Shown here piece by piece: positions 17,550 through 26,382 of a stretch of DNA of 64,000 nucleotides (its first letter is position 1; every line of letters starts with the position of its first letter). Source of the DNA: an uncultured Acidimicrobiaceae bacterium (GTDB taxonomy: Bacteria > Actinomycetota > Acidimicrobiia > Acidimicrobiales > SZUA-35); the NCBI GenBank assembly GCA_964551835.1, contig CAZKEM010000092.1, forward strand, positions 1,598 through 65,597, in the 5' to 3' direction. Both the position numbers and the translations under genes were made by a program. The notes under the pieces were generated by a model. That model did no database searches. It saw only the letters and a program-made list of their open reading frames with translations, and was not told the origin of the DNA.

Positions 17550-19475
17550 TTAGCGTTCGAGTTTCTCTACCGCAGCTTCCCATGCTGACAATAAGGTCTC
17601 GGCCTTCTTCTTTGCTACTGCATGTTGGTTGAGAAGCTCGTTCATCCGGTCGACATCTTGGTAAACGTCAGGGTCGGCTAGCTCGACCGCCAGTTCGTTG
17701 GCGTGAGCTTCGGCCTGGTCAGCCTTTCGTTCGAGTTTGTCCGCTTCTTTCTGGAGCGAGCGCAGTTCTTGGCTGGATGGTTTTGACTTCGATGTTTGTC
17801 TGGACTCGTTGGATTTCGACTCAGATTTTTTGGGTGAGCTTTGGGTCGGCTGTTTCCCACTTCTAGTCGGCTTATGATCACGATTGGGGAACATCGCTTG
17901 TTCGACGTCGGATCGGGCGTTGACTTGGCCATCGCGAACCTCGAAGACTCGATCAACCGTGTTGCGAACCAGGTATCGGTCGTGGCTAACGAGCAAAATA
18001 GTGCCCGGGTATGCCAGGAGGGCATCTTCCAAGACGTCGCAGCTTGGTATATCGAGGTGATTTGTCGGCTCGTCCAGGATGAGCAGATTGACAGGATTAC
18101 ACATGACTTCGGCCAACGAGAGTCTGGTGCGTTCTCCCCCCGAGAGATCACGAACCTTGCGATCCACGGCGTCACCAGAGAACCCGAACGACCCCAAAAC
18201 GGATCTAATGTTTCTGTTCTTCGGCTGGTCGCCTATCGCGTGGCGAAATTCTTGCTCAACCGTCTTGTCCAGATCGAGTGCGTCGACCTGATGCTGAGCA
18301 AAGTAGGCGACGTCGACATTCGAACCTATTTCGACGGTTCCTACGAGGGGGACCAGCTCACCCAAAACCAGTTTGAGCAACGTCGACTTTCCGGCTCCGT
18401 TTGGTCCGACTAGGCCAATCTTGTCGCCGCGCTCAACCACAAGGCTGATCCCGGAAAGGAGAGCTTCATCGTCGTAGCCGACTGACACATTCGCCATATC
18501 GAGTACGGTTCGAGCCGAACGGGGCGGGTCAGGGAAGCTAAATTTGACCTTTAGATCGGCGATCTTGGGTACTTCGATCGTCTCCAATTTTTCCAACGCC
18601 TTTATTCGGGACTGGACCTGCTTGGCCTTGGTTGCCTTGTACCGAAACCGGTCGACAAACCGTTCTACCCGTTCGACCTCTTTAGCCTGGCGACGAGCTG
18701 TTGCCTCAAGGATCGCTATACGTTCTTGGCGGGCGACGATGAATTCGACAAAACCTCCAACGTACTCAGATGCGGTACCCCATGCGATTTCCACCACTCG
18801 TTCCGCTACAGCATCGATGAAATCGCGGTCGTGAGACACAAACAAGACCGCACCAGACCAGCTGCTGAGCTGAGCCTCGAGCCACGCCACCGAGTCGACA
18901 TCCAGATGGTTTGTCGGTTCGTCGAGAACCAACACATCAGGCTTTTGGAGCAGGAGGCGGGCGAGAACCGCCCGCATTTGCCAGCCACCCGACATCTCCT
19001 TCAGTGGTCGGTCCATATCTTGGGATGTAAAACCTAGTCCTCCGAGGATGCGTCGGGCATCTGCTTCGAGCTGGTAACCACCTAGTGTTTCGTACCGGCT
19101 CTGCACGTCACCGTATGCTTGAATGAGAGCGTCATCGGTCTCGGTACCAGCTGCCGATATCTTGTCGCCTAAGACCTCCAGTTCGTTCTGAAGGGCCATG
19201 ATCTCGGCCGCTCCCGACATCACTTCATCGAGAACCGTGCCATCCCATGCTTCTAGAAGTTCTTGAGGTAGATATCCAATCCGATAGTCCGTCGGGGTCG
19301 AGACCTGACCTTGGTCGGCTTCTTGAACACCGACGACTATTTCCAGCAGGGTTGATTTCCCAACGCCGTTGCCACCAACCAGCGCTATTCGTCTGCCTGG
19401 TGACAACCGAAAAGTGACATCGGAGAAAAGCGTTCGACCTCCGAAAGACTTCGAGAGTGATGAGACGGTAAGCAC
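17550..19475 (-). CDS. ABC-F family ATPase (two ABC domains, no TMD) with Lys/Ser-rich coiled-coil C-terminal extension
   Basis: Walker A GGNGVGKST and GPNGAGKST. Signatures LSGGWQMR and LSGGERTR. GTG at 19475 gives (M)LTVSSLSKSFGG, has AGGA upstream, and lies 7 nt after the sodX stop. An ATG at 19526 (and the ORF maximum at 19658) would overlap sodX. Confidence 0.9.
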   Translation of the reverse strand: MLTVSSLSKSFGGRTLFSDVTFRLSPGRRIALVGGNGVGKSTLLEIVVGVQEADQGQVSTPTDYRIGYLPQELLEAWDGTVLDEVMSGAAEIMALQNELEVLGDKISAAGTETDDALIQAYGDVQSRYETLGGYQLEADARRILGGLGFTSQDMDRPLKEMSGGWQMRAVLARLLLQKPDVLVLDEPTNHLDVDSVAWLEAQLSSWSGAVLFVSHDRDFIDAVAERVVEIAWGTASEYVGGFVEFIVARQERIAILEATARRQAKEVERVERFVDRFRYKATKAKQVQSRIKALEKLETIEVPKIADLKVKFSFPDPPRSARTVLDMANVSVGYDDEALLSGISLVVERGDKIGLVGPNGAGKSTLLKLVLGELVPLVGTVEIGSNVDVAYFAQHQVDALDLDKTVEQEFRHAIGDQPKNRNIRSVLGSFGFSGDAVDRKVRDLSGGERTRLSLAEVMCNPVNLLILDEPTNHLDIPSCDVLEDALLAYPGTILLVSHDRYLVRNTVDRVFEVRDGQVNARSDVEQAMFPNRDHKPTRSGKQPTQSSPKKSESKSNESRQTSKSKPSSQELRSLQKEADKLERKADQAEAHANELAVELADPDVYQDVDRMNELLNQHAVAKKKAETLLSAWEAAVEKLER

Positions 19476-19482
19476 AAGTTTC

Positions 19483-19881
19483 CTATCGTTGAAGCCGTCG
19501 AGCGGTGTTGGAAGGCGCATCATCATGGAACGCCCGGTTAACGTGAAGGGTGACGACTCCTTCGATGCTGGCCGACGGAACCGGCCCCCATACAGAACTG
19601 TCGGTTCCGTGTTCTGGGTTATCGCTCCGCAGTTCGACAGTCCGGTCTGGATGAACAATCCCGAGCCGTTTTATTACTGTCAGGTCTGGTCGCGACGGAT
19701 GCCTGGTGACAACGATGTCATCGACTCCTGGAAGCATTTCGTCGTCGACCAGTACGTAGTCGCCGTCGAATAAAGTCGGCTCCATCGAACGGCCCACGAC
19801 GCGCACACGCCTCCGGCGTCGAACAGCCCAAAGAGCTATCTGGCCGAAGGCGTGAACCTGACTTTTTGAGAAACGAATCAT
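19483..19881 (-). CDS. sodX: S26-type peptidase, nickel-SOD maturation protease
   Basis: 132 aa. Signal-peptidase-like motif VVGRSMEPTLFDGDYVLVD. Located immediately downstream of sodN. Confidence 0.8.
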   Translation of the reverse strand: MIRFSKSQVHAFGQIALWAVRRRRRVRVVGRSMEPTLFDGDYVLVDDEMLPGVDDIVVTRHPSRPDLTVIKRLGIVHPDRTVELRSDNPEHGTDSSVWGPVPSASIEGVVTLHVNRAFHDDAPSNTARRLQR

Positions 19882-19920
19882 CTTTTCGCTCCTCCGATCA
19901 CAACGAGCTTGGTGTGTCGG

Positions 19921-20379
19921 CTAACTAGCCGTGTACCAAGGAATATCACGACCTTTGCTCTTCCAGAACATGGTGTGAATGGCCTCAATCTGACTCATCA
20001 GCTCTTCACCAGCGGCCACATCGACGGTAGTTTTACATTTCGACGCTTGTTTGGCTGCGTTCCAAAAGGTCGAGTGAAGTTCTGGGAACGTTTCAAGATG
20101 GTCGGGCTTGAAGTAATCGTGCCACAAGATATTGAGTTCTCGCTTTACGTCCTCAGCTTGTTCTTCCTTAATCGCCACGAAACGGGCGTAGGTGTTTTGA
20201 GCGCCCGGCGTTTGCATGTCGAGCGCCACCAATTTCTTGGTCATCGATAGAACAGCTTCACCAGCGATCCGGGCGCTGGCTGGGTCATATACGCCACAAG
20301 GGCCATCACAGTGTGCAGAAGCTACAGGAGCTGGACTACAAAGATCAACTACGTCAAACAGGCGGGCAAGAAAGTTCAT
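19921..20379 (-). CDS. sodN: nickel-containing superoxide dismutase precursor
   Basis: 152 aa. A propeptide is followed by the Ni-hook HCDGPCGVYDP. Strong SD (GGAGGAA) upstream of ATG 20379. Confidence 0.9.
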   Translation of the reverse strand: MNFLARLFDVVDLCSPAPVASAHCDGPCGVYDPASARIAGEAVLSMTKKLVALDMQTPGAQNTYARFVAIKEEQAEDVKRELNILWHDYFKPDHLETFPELHSTFWNAAKQASKCKTTVDVAAGEELMSQIEAIHTMFWKSKGRDIPWYTAS

Positions 20380-20514
20380 TTAGCATTCCTCCAACAATGA
20401 ACGCCAATAGATATGGGGCATTCGGTCCACAGTTACTGAGAATCGTACCCGAAAGTGGGACCAAATTTATCGTTAGACGGTGGTTAGTCGCCATAGTTAT
20501 GGTGTACTCAGAGA

Positions 20515-21846
20515 GTGGAACGACAAATATCATACGTGCTCAGAACAGTCGAAGAGCGAAAAATAAAACTGATCCGTTTTTGGTTCACCGACGTTCAAGG
20601 CCAACTCAAGTCAATGGCCATATCGCCGGTCGAACTCGAAGTGGCGCTATTTGAGGGTGTTCACTTCGATGGTTCAGCGATCGATGGCTTTAGCCGCGTC
20701 CAAGAATCCGACGTTCTCGCGAGACCTGACCCAGCGACGTTCCAGATTCTGCCGTGGGCCGATGGCGGCACGACAGCGCGAATGTTCTGCAATATCTATG
20801 ACCCCTCTGGCGAACCATTTAAAGGCGATCCCCGAAACATACTTCGACGCAACTTACTTGAAGCCCAAGACAAAGGTCAATCATTTTACGTCGCACCCGA
20901 AATGGAGTTTTTCTATTTCAAAGACGGCGACTCGCCTCGGCCTGAACCCATCGATTCAGGTGGCTACTTCGACCTGACTACCGCCGACGTCGCGTCGGAC
21001 CTTAGGCGAAAGACAATCTCTGTTCTCGAATCGATGGGGATTCCGGTTGAATATTCCTTTCACGAAGATGCTCCAAGCCAACACGAAATCGACCTTCGCT
21101 ACACAGATGCGATGGCGATGGCTGACAAGATCATGACGTTTCGGCTTGTCGTTAGGGAGTTGGCTCTCGAACAAGGGCTCCTGGCAAGCTTTCTGCCAAA
21201 GCCTATTGAAGATGTCCAAGGCTCTGGAATGCATTTACATCTGTCGTTGTTCAACGGCGGGGACAAGAACCTATTTCATGACCCTGAGGCTAAGTACGGG
21301 CTCTCAAAAACAGGGCAACAATTCATGGCTGGTCTTTTGCATCATGCGCCCGAAATCACAGCGGTCACTAACCCCTTAGTCAACTCGTATAAACGCCTCG
21401 TCCCAGGATTTGAAGCGCCGGGGTGGGTCACCTGGGCCCGGAACAACCGATCGTCTTTGATTCGGGTTCCGATTACAAAGCCGGACAAAGAGACGTCGAC
21501 TCGGATCGAGTACCGCTCCCCCGACCCCACCTGTAACCCATACTTGGCTTTCTCGGTCCTGCTGGCAGCTGGGACAAAAGGAATCGCCGAAGGTTACGAA
21601 CTATCTGAAGAAGTGGCACAGAACACATCCAAACTCTCGGAACAAGAAATCGATAGACTTGGTATCGCGCCGCTACCTCGCTCACTCAACGAAGCCTTAG
21701 AGGCAATGGAACAATCTGAATTAGTTCACAACGCGTTGGGGGAACATGTTTTCGAGTGGTTCTTACGTAACAAGCGAAGCGAATGGCGCGCCTACAAGTC
21801 TCACGTGACTCAATGGGAACTCGACACGTACCTTCCAAACTGGTAG
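20515..21846 (+). CDS. glnA: type I glutamine synthetase, GlnA2-like (443 aa form)
   Basis: The N-terminus ERQISYVLRTVEERKIKLIRFWFTDVQGQLKSMAISP..FDGSAIDGF closely follows actinobacterial GlnA2. Catalytic-domain blocks include HEDAPSQHEIDL and GSGMHLHLSLF. GTG start. Confidence 0.9.
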   Translation: MERQISYVLRTVEERKIKLIRFWFTDVQGQLKSMAISPVELEVALFEGVHFDGSAIDGFSRVQESDVLARPDPATFQILPWADGGTTARMFCNIYDPSGEPFKGDPRNILRRNLLEAQDKGQSFYVAPEMEFFYFKDGDSPRPEPIDSGGYFDLTTADVASDLRRKTISVLESMGIPVEYSFHEDAPSQHEIDLRYTDAMAMADKIMTFRLVVRELALEQGLLASFLPKPIEDVQGSGMHLHLSLFNGGDKNLFHDPEAKYGLSKTGQQFMAGLLHHAPEITAVTNPLVNSYKRLVPGFEAPGWVTWARNNRSSLIRVPITKPDKETSTRIEYRSPDPTCNPYLAFSVLLAAGTKGIAEGYELSEEVAQNTSKLSEQEIDRLGIAPLPRSLNEALEAMEQSELVHNALGEHVFEWFLRNKRSEWRAYKSHVTQWELDTYLPNW

Positions 21847-21850
21847 CCCC

Positions 21851-22516
21851 ATGACCGAGTCGTTTCTGCTATTCCCCGACCCTGCCCCGCCTGAAGTTGT
21901 CCGCTGCCTAGATCTCGCCGACTACGAGTGGAAAACCGCTGAGCTTGCGAGTCCAGCTCAGCACGATGAGGACTGGACTGGAGCAATCATCGACTTAAGC
22001 ACCGAGCCAACTGAAGGCTGGCAACTCTGCAAGCGACTCAAGCGGGGCGATTTGCCAGTCGAACCGTTGCTTGTGCTGGTTGCAGGCAATCAGCTTCCGG
22101 ACATGCAGCTCCGAGATGACCTCTTCGATGACTTCATGATTACTCCGTTCCACCCGTTAGAACTCGAGGCGAGGCTCCGACATCTGCTTTGGAAGGCTGG
22201 CAGAGGTGCCCGACCTGAGGTGCTCTCCTATGGGCCTCTGACAATCAATATCGATACCTATCAGGCTGAGGTTGACAGCCGCAAGATGGACCTTACCTTC
22301 ATGGAGTACGAGCTTCTGAAGTTTCTGACGTCAAACCCAGGGCGAGTATTCGACCGAGAAACTCTTCTCAGCAGAGTCTGGGGTTACGAATACTATGGTG
22401 GAGCGAGAACGGTCGACGTCCACATCCGGCGGCTCCGAACCAAGCTTGGAGAAGAACACGCTCACCTTATCCAAACCGTCCGCAGCGTCGGCTACAAGCT
22501 TGGGCAGGCTCGTTAA
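21851..22516 (+). CDS. glnR: GlnR-type OmpR-family nitrogen regulator with atypical receiver domain
   Basis: 221 aa. The C-terminal wHTH MDLTFMEYELLKFLTSNPGRVFDRETLLSRVWGYEYYGGARTVDVHIRRLRTKLG..VRSVGYKL closely resembles actinobacterial GlnR. The receiver-like N-domain is degenerate. Confidence 0.75.
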   Translation: MTESFLLFPDPAPPEVVRCLDLADYEWKTAELASPAQHDEDWTGAIIDLSTEPTEGWQLCKRLKRGDLPVEPLLVLVAGNQLPDMQLRDDLFDDFMITPFHPLELEARLRHLLWKAGRGARPEVLSYGPLTINIDTYQAEVDSRKMDLTFMEYELLKFLTSNPGRVFDRETLLSRVWGYEYYGGARTVDVHIRRLRTKLGEEHAHLIQTVRSVGYKLGQAR

Positions 22517-25500
22517 GACTCGTACTGTTCAGATGCCCGCAACGCAATCGTCGAGATGCGGTACCCGGCATCGGTTTCGACCAGCCAGAGGTCGCTTCGG
22601 CGTCGTTCGAACGGATGTGATTCGAGCTGGCTTCCATCAGCGTCGAGTAGAACATACGGTGGGTGTGCGACTTCGACTTCCAACCGGACTGGCGCATCGG
22701 TGTTTATTACATTCACGGTAAGCACCATTGGTTTCTCCGCAATAATTTTATGCCCGGCTTCGAGGTAGTGTGAACGCATCTCCTGGGCCATTTCGTAGAC
22801 TTCGGTGCCCGGGGCATAGACCTCGTCGACGGAGTGGTCGCCAGGCGACGACGCAAGTTGAAAGTCAGCTAGAATCAACCGACTAGCCTCGGCCGACCAG
22901 TCGACGTTCGATCGAGTCCTCGATGGGAAAGGCTTCGGTCGCTCGGGACTGGGGTTACGACCGTCCGATGACCGACGTGCGAAGAGTCCAATGAACCCGG
23001 CCTTCGATGTCCGACGAACTTTGCTTGATCGACTCTGACCGGCTTGCATCTCTGGGACTGGTTTTTGAGGACCTTCCAGAAGCGACCGTTTGACGAGTGC
23101 TGTATGCATCTCGGCCACTGACCCAAATCGTCTCGACGCTCGTTTATCTACCGCCTTTTCGACGACATCTCTAAACCAGTTCGGCACGCCGGTCAGCGGT
23201 GCAAGTTCTTCGGTTGCCACCCGGTTAAAAATCGTTGGAATCTCGTCGCTATCCGAATCGTCAGAAACGAACGGACGACGCCCAGCGACCATCGACCATA
23301 ACAGGACGCCAAGTCCGTAAACATCGACCAGCCCCCCGTCAGAGCCCTTATTGCCAACCGCTAGAACTTCGGGCGGAGAGTAATTGGGGGTGAAGGCCGG
23401 CCGGGACGATAACGAACGTCCATCTACTATCTCGGTTGACCCGAAGTCGAGCAGGTGAGGTTGACCATCAGCGTCGAGCAACACATTGCTGGGCTTTAGA
23501 TCTCGGTGGAAAACCCCTCTGCGGTGACACGCAGCTAAGGTCTCGGCCAACTTACAGCCTAATTCGTAGGCCTCATGCCAGTTATACGGTTGGTTTCGGA
23601 TTCCGTTCGCGATTGTCCCACCCTCGAGGTAGCTCAAGACCAAATATGGCGAGCCTCCCTCCGTCACGCCTGAGCCCAAAAGCTCCACGACGCCATCTAC
23701 TTCTGACAATGCCTCCAAGGCATCTTTCTCCCGATCGAACCGACGCCGCCCGCTTTCGCTATTGGTGGTGGTTAGGACTTTCAGAGCTACGACAGAACCA
23801 GCCGAATCGACTGCTCGATAAACGACAGCGAATCCACCCTCTCCTACGATCGTCAAGTCAGAAAATCCATCTATTGGTTCAGGCGTGGAATCGGTTTGTC
23901 GGTCGTCCTCGATTTGGTCGTCAGAAGATTCAGGCGACTCGGTCACTTCTGAGGTCGAGGGAGCAACTTCGTCAATGTCTTCGTCAATTTCGAGATCCGA
24001 ACCGTCAGGCACGGCGTCGATAGGACTCTCTTCTCGGTCATTGGTCAGAGAAGGTTCGAAGCCAGTCGATCGAGCTAGCGGGCGCAGCCTGGACGGTTTC
24101 GCCGGCCGAGCACGCTGCCGGGCCAGAGGCTGCGTGGCAAACGCAAGCATCGACGGACCCACCGAAGTTAACTTGTTCGGAGTGAGTGACGACAACGACC
24201 ACTCCGATCCGAACGTCGAGCCATACCGAAGAACTGCAGGTAGTAACACGTTGATGGCTGCAGTAACGACCGCCGGCACAACGACGAACGCCATTCCTAT
24301 CGGCCTGATAAACGGGGCGTCAGCGAACATCCATGCTGACCCAATGGCTGCGAGCGAACAAAACCCGGCACTCGATGACCTCATCGGGGTTCGCATTCGA
24401 TAAGCCACCGACCCATACCGAGGACTTGATACCGAACGATGTTCAAACGTACCGCGTTCCTTAGACGTCCAATATGAAACCTCGAACCATCCCAGAGCTA
24501 TCGAAACCACAAGAACCACTAACACCAGCTCGTCTACCGAGCCAGCCGAAACAAGTGCTGAACCGATACCGATCGAACCCAATAGGAGAAACAGCCGAGT
24601 AGCAAAAAACAGCAGCACGGTCGAAGGGCTCCCGCCAACCGCAAGAGCTGCCACTAGCGCAGCGAGACAACTGATGAGCACGAGAGACATAAGCAGCGAC
24701 CCACTCCGCCGTTCCAGGTCAACTTCGTCAAGCCGGGTACCGTCGACTCTGAAGCCCAACGTTTCTTCCCGCTCTTGGAGATCTAAGACTAGTTGCTGGG
24801 TAGATCGAGATCGCTCGCCACCGTTCGGCACCACCAAAACCATTTGAGAGTCATCCGTGTCCAGGCCAACAAACGGACGACTCCGCCCAATCTCGGCATT
24901 GTCGACACTGAGACCTTGTCGTACCAAAGCAGACGACGTTTGCACCATTTGCACTGCTGGCCAGTTTGATACTTCGACGACAAACCGATCGACTAATTCG
25001 GTTTCGGGTTTCGGTGAAGCTGTGAGCACGATCGCCTCAGTCAGATCACCTGCACTCGCTAGTTCGGCCGCCAAGGAAGAACGAACCTCTAAGGAACTTT
25101 GGTCCAGAGAACCAGCAGACGGGCGGCCGAAGGAGTTCAGGACACCCACTACCGTTACGAACACGATCACGCCAGCCACGCTGAGCTTAATAATCTTGGC
25201 CAGTTCTTGTTCACGAAGGACATCCAGAAGCCGCGGCGAAGGTCGACCAAAACTAACTCCACCAACCTCAACCAGCAACGAACCTAACGCCACGCCAACA
25301 ATCGCCCCAGCACAAGCACCAATCAAGATACTGAGCGTCGGGTTGCTCGGTGGAAAAAACAGCTCGACAAACAACCAAACAAGGAATAGTTGGCCGATGA
25401 CAACGGCCATTGGAAAAGCTTGCCCACGGACTACGTCGAAGCTACGAACCATGGTCGACCGCCGATCGCCTGATGCTGAAGGGGTGCGGGTCGCGTGGTA

Positions 25501-26205
25501 GCCGATCACTGCCACAACAATTTGGCTAGCGGCGATTGCCGGCAGGTTCGTCGAGAGTACTGACCCGTTAAAGCCCGGGTTCAATAGTGAACCCAGGATC
25601 GTGGCTAACGTAGCGGAAGCGCCAAGTCCGCAAGCAACCCCAATGCCAACCCGCCACCCATAGGTGAGCGCTAGAATGGCGCCAGCGACAACCGACACCA
25701 AGCCAACGGCGAGCAACGCTTCTCGTTCGATCGATTGACGCAGCCGAACATCCGCTGAGCCGGATCCTAGTACGAATGTCGAAGAGGCCGTCGTATTGGT
25801 CTCGACGATGTTTTCGACCTGGTCTAAAAGTTCTGGGTCGGCGTGTTGGTCAGAGTTGATGTAAATGACAGAGGTGTCCACCGAAGTTGGCACAACAGCA
25901 AAATTCGATGTTTCGGTTGTCTTGAGGAGAGCCAAAGAAATAGCCTCGACGTCGCCTTGGAGAGCTGCCGCATCTCCCTGTACCACAATTGCCAAGTCTG
26001 GCGTCTTCCCCTCAGACCACATAGTCACGTTTGACTGGGCAGACGCCGAACTGAAGATTGCTGTGATACAGAACAGCACAAGACCGAATCCAACCAAGGC
26101 CTGACACAAATATTCTCGATGAGTTAAGAAGTCGTTAAAGCGGCTGTCTGAACGCCCATCGGAATTGGGTCTTCCCATACTGCGTCTCACTGGTCTACCC
26201 TGCAT
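22513..26205 (-). CDS. RND/MMPL-like 12-TM membrane domain fused to Ser/Thr protein kinase domain and a C-terminal unknown domain
   Basis: 1230 aa. Topology is TM1, about 100-aa loop, TM2-6, TM7, about 145-aa loop, TM8-12. An acidic linker is followed by an intact Hanks kinase: GEGGFAVVYRA, VALKVL, HRDLKPSNVLL, DFGS, SPPEVL, DVYGLGVLLW. The last 140 aa or so are unassigned. Confidence 0.8.
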   Translation of the reverse strand: MQGRPVRRSMGRPNSDGRSDSRFNDFLTHREYLCQALVGFGLVLFCITAIFSSASAQSNVTMWSEGKTPDLAIVVQGDAAALQGDVEAISLALLKTTETSNFAVVPTSVDTSVIYINSDQHADPELLDQVENIVETNTTASSTFVLGSGSADVRLRQSIEREALLAVGLVSVVAGAILALTYGWRVGIGVACGLGASATLATILGSLLNPGFNGSVLSTNLPAIAASQIVVAVIGYHATRTPSASGDRRSTMVRSFDVVRGQAFPMAVVIGQLFLVWLFVELFFPPSNPTLSILIGACAGAIVGVALGSLLVEVGGVSFGRPSPRLLDVLREQELAKIIKLSVAGVIVFVTVVGVLNSFGRPSAGSLDQSSLEVRSSLAAELASAGDLTEAIVLTASPKPETELVDRFVVEVSNWPAVQMVQTSSALVRQGLSVDNAEIGRSRPFVGLDTDDSQMVLVVPNGGERSRSTQQLVLDLQEREETLGFRVDGTRLDEVDLERRSGSLLMSLVLISCLAALVAALAVGGSPSTVLLFFATRLFLLLGSIGIGSALVSAGSVDELVLVVLVVSIALGWFEVSYWTSKERGTFEHRSVSSPRYGSVAYRMRTPMRSSSAGFCSLAAIGSAWMFADAPFIRPIGMAFVVVPAVVTAAINVLLPAVLRYGSTFGSEWSLSSLTPNKLTSVGPSMLAFATQPLARQRARPAKPSRLRPLARSTGFEPSLTNDREESPIDAVPDGSDLEIDEDIDEVAPSTSEVTESPESSDDQIEDDRQTDSTPEPIDGFSDLTIVGEGGFAVVYRAVDSAGSVVALKVLTTTNSESGRRRFDREKDALEALSEVDGVVELLGSGVTEGGSPYLVLSYLEGGTIANGIRNQPYNWHEAYELGCKLAETLAACHRRGVFHRDLKPSNVLLDADGQPHLLDFGSTEIVDGRSLSSRPAFTPNYSPPEVLAVGNKGSDGGLVDVYGLGVLLWSMVAGRRPFVSDDSDSDEIPTIFNRVATEELAPLTGVPNWFRDVVEKAVDKRASRRFGSVAEMHTALVKRSLLEGPQKPVPEMQAGQSRSSKVRRTSKAGFIGLFARRSSDGRNPSPERPKPFPSRTRSNVDWSAEASRLILADFQLASSPGDHSVDEVYAPGTEVYEMAQEMRSHYLEAGHKIIAEKPMVLTVNVINTDAPVRLEVEVAHPPYVLLDADGSQLESHPFERRRSDLWLVETDAGYRISTIALRASEQYES

Positions 26206-26382
26206 CTAGGTTGGTGTGGAACAATCGTAGCTGACAGGTTGCGCCCAGCTTCATCGACAAATCGAATTTATTTGAAGGCACCCGCCCTAGGAGCGGGTGA
26301 TAGTGACGGTGCCTCACGAAATCTACGAGACGAATGGACGACCTCGACCTATCTGTGCGACTGACTCGTCTATGGTGGGAGT

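Noticed and set aside
20432-20460. GlnR-box-like half sites (GTTAC-n8-CGTAC...GAAAG) upstream of glnA
   Set aside because: The spacing and b-site do not fit the gTnAc-n6-GaAAc consensus well enough to claim without a matrix scan.
24044-24060. tRNA T-arm-like GGTTCGAAGCC and other TTCGAA hits
   Set aside because: They lie inside CDSs, and no cloverleaf can be drawn around them. No tRNA, including tRNA-Sec, was found in any intergenic gap.
24857-25501. 214-aa plus-strand ORF (also 23436..24023, 23885..24403) antisense to the MMPL-kinase gene
   Set aside because: These are shadow ORFs inside a 3.7-kb CDS whose kinase motifs fix the coding strand.
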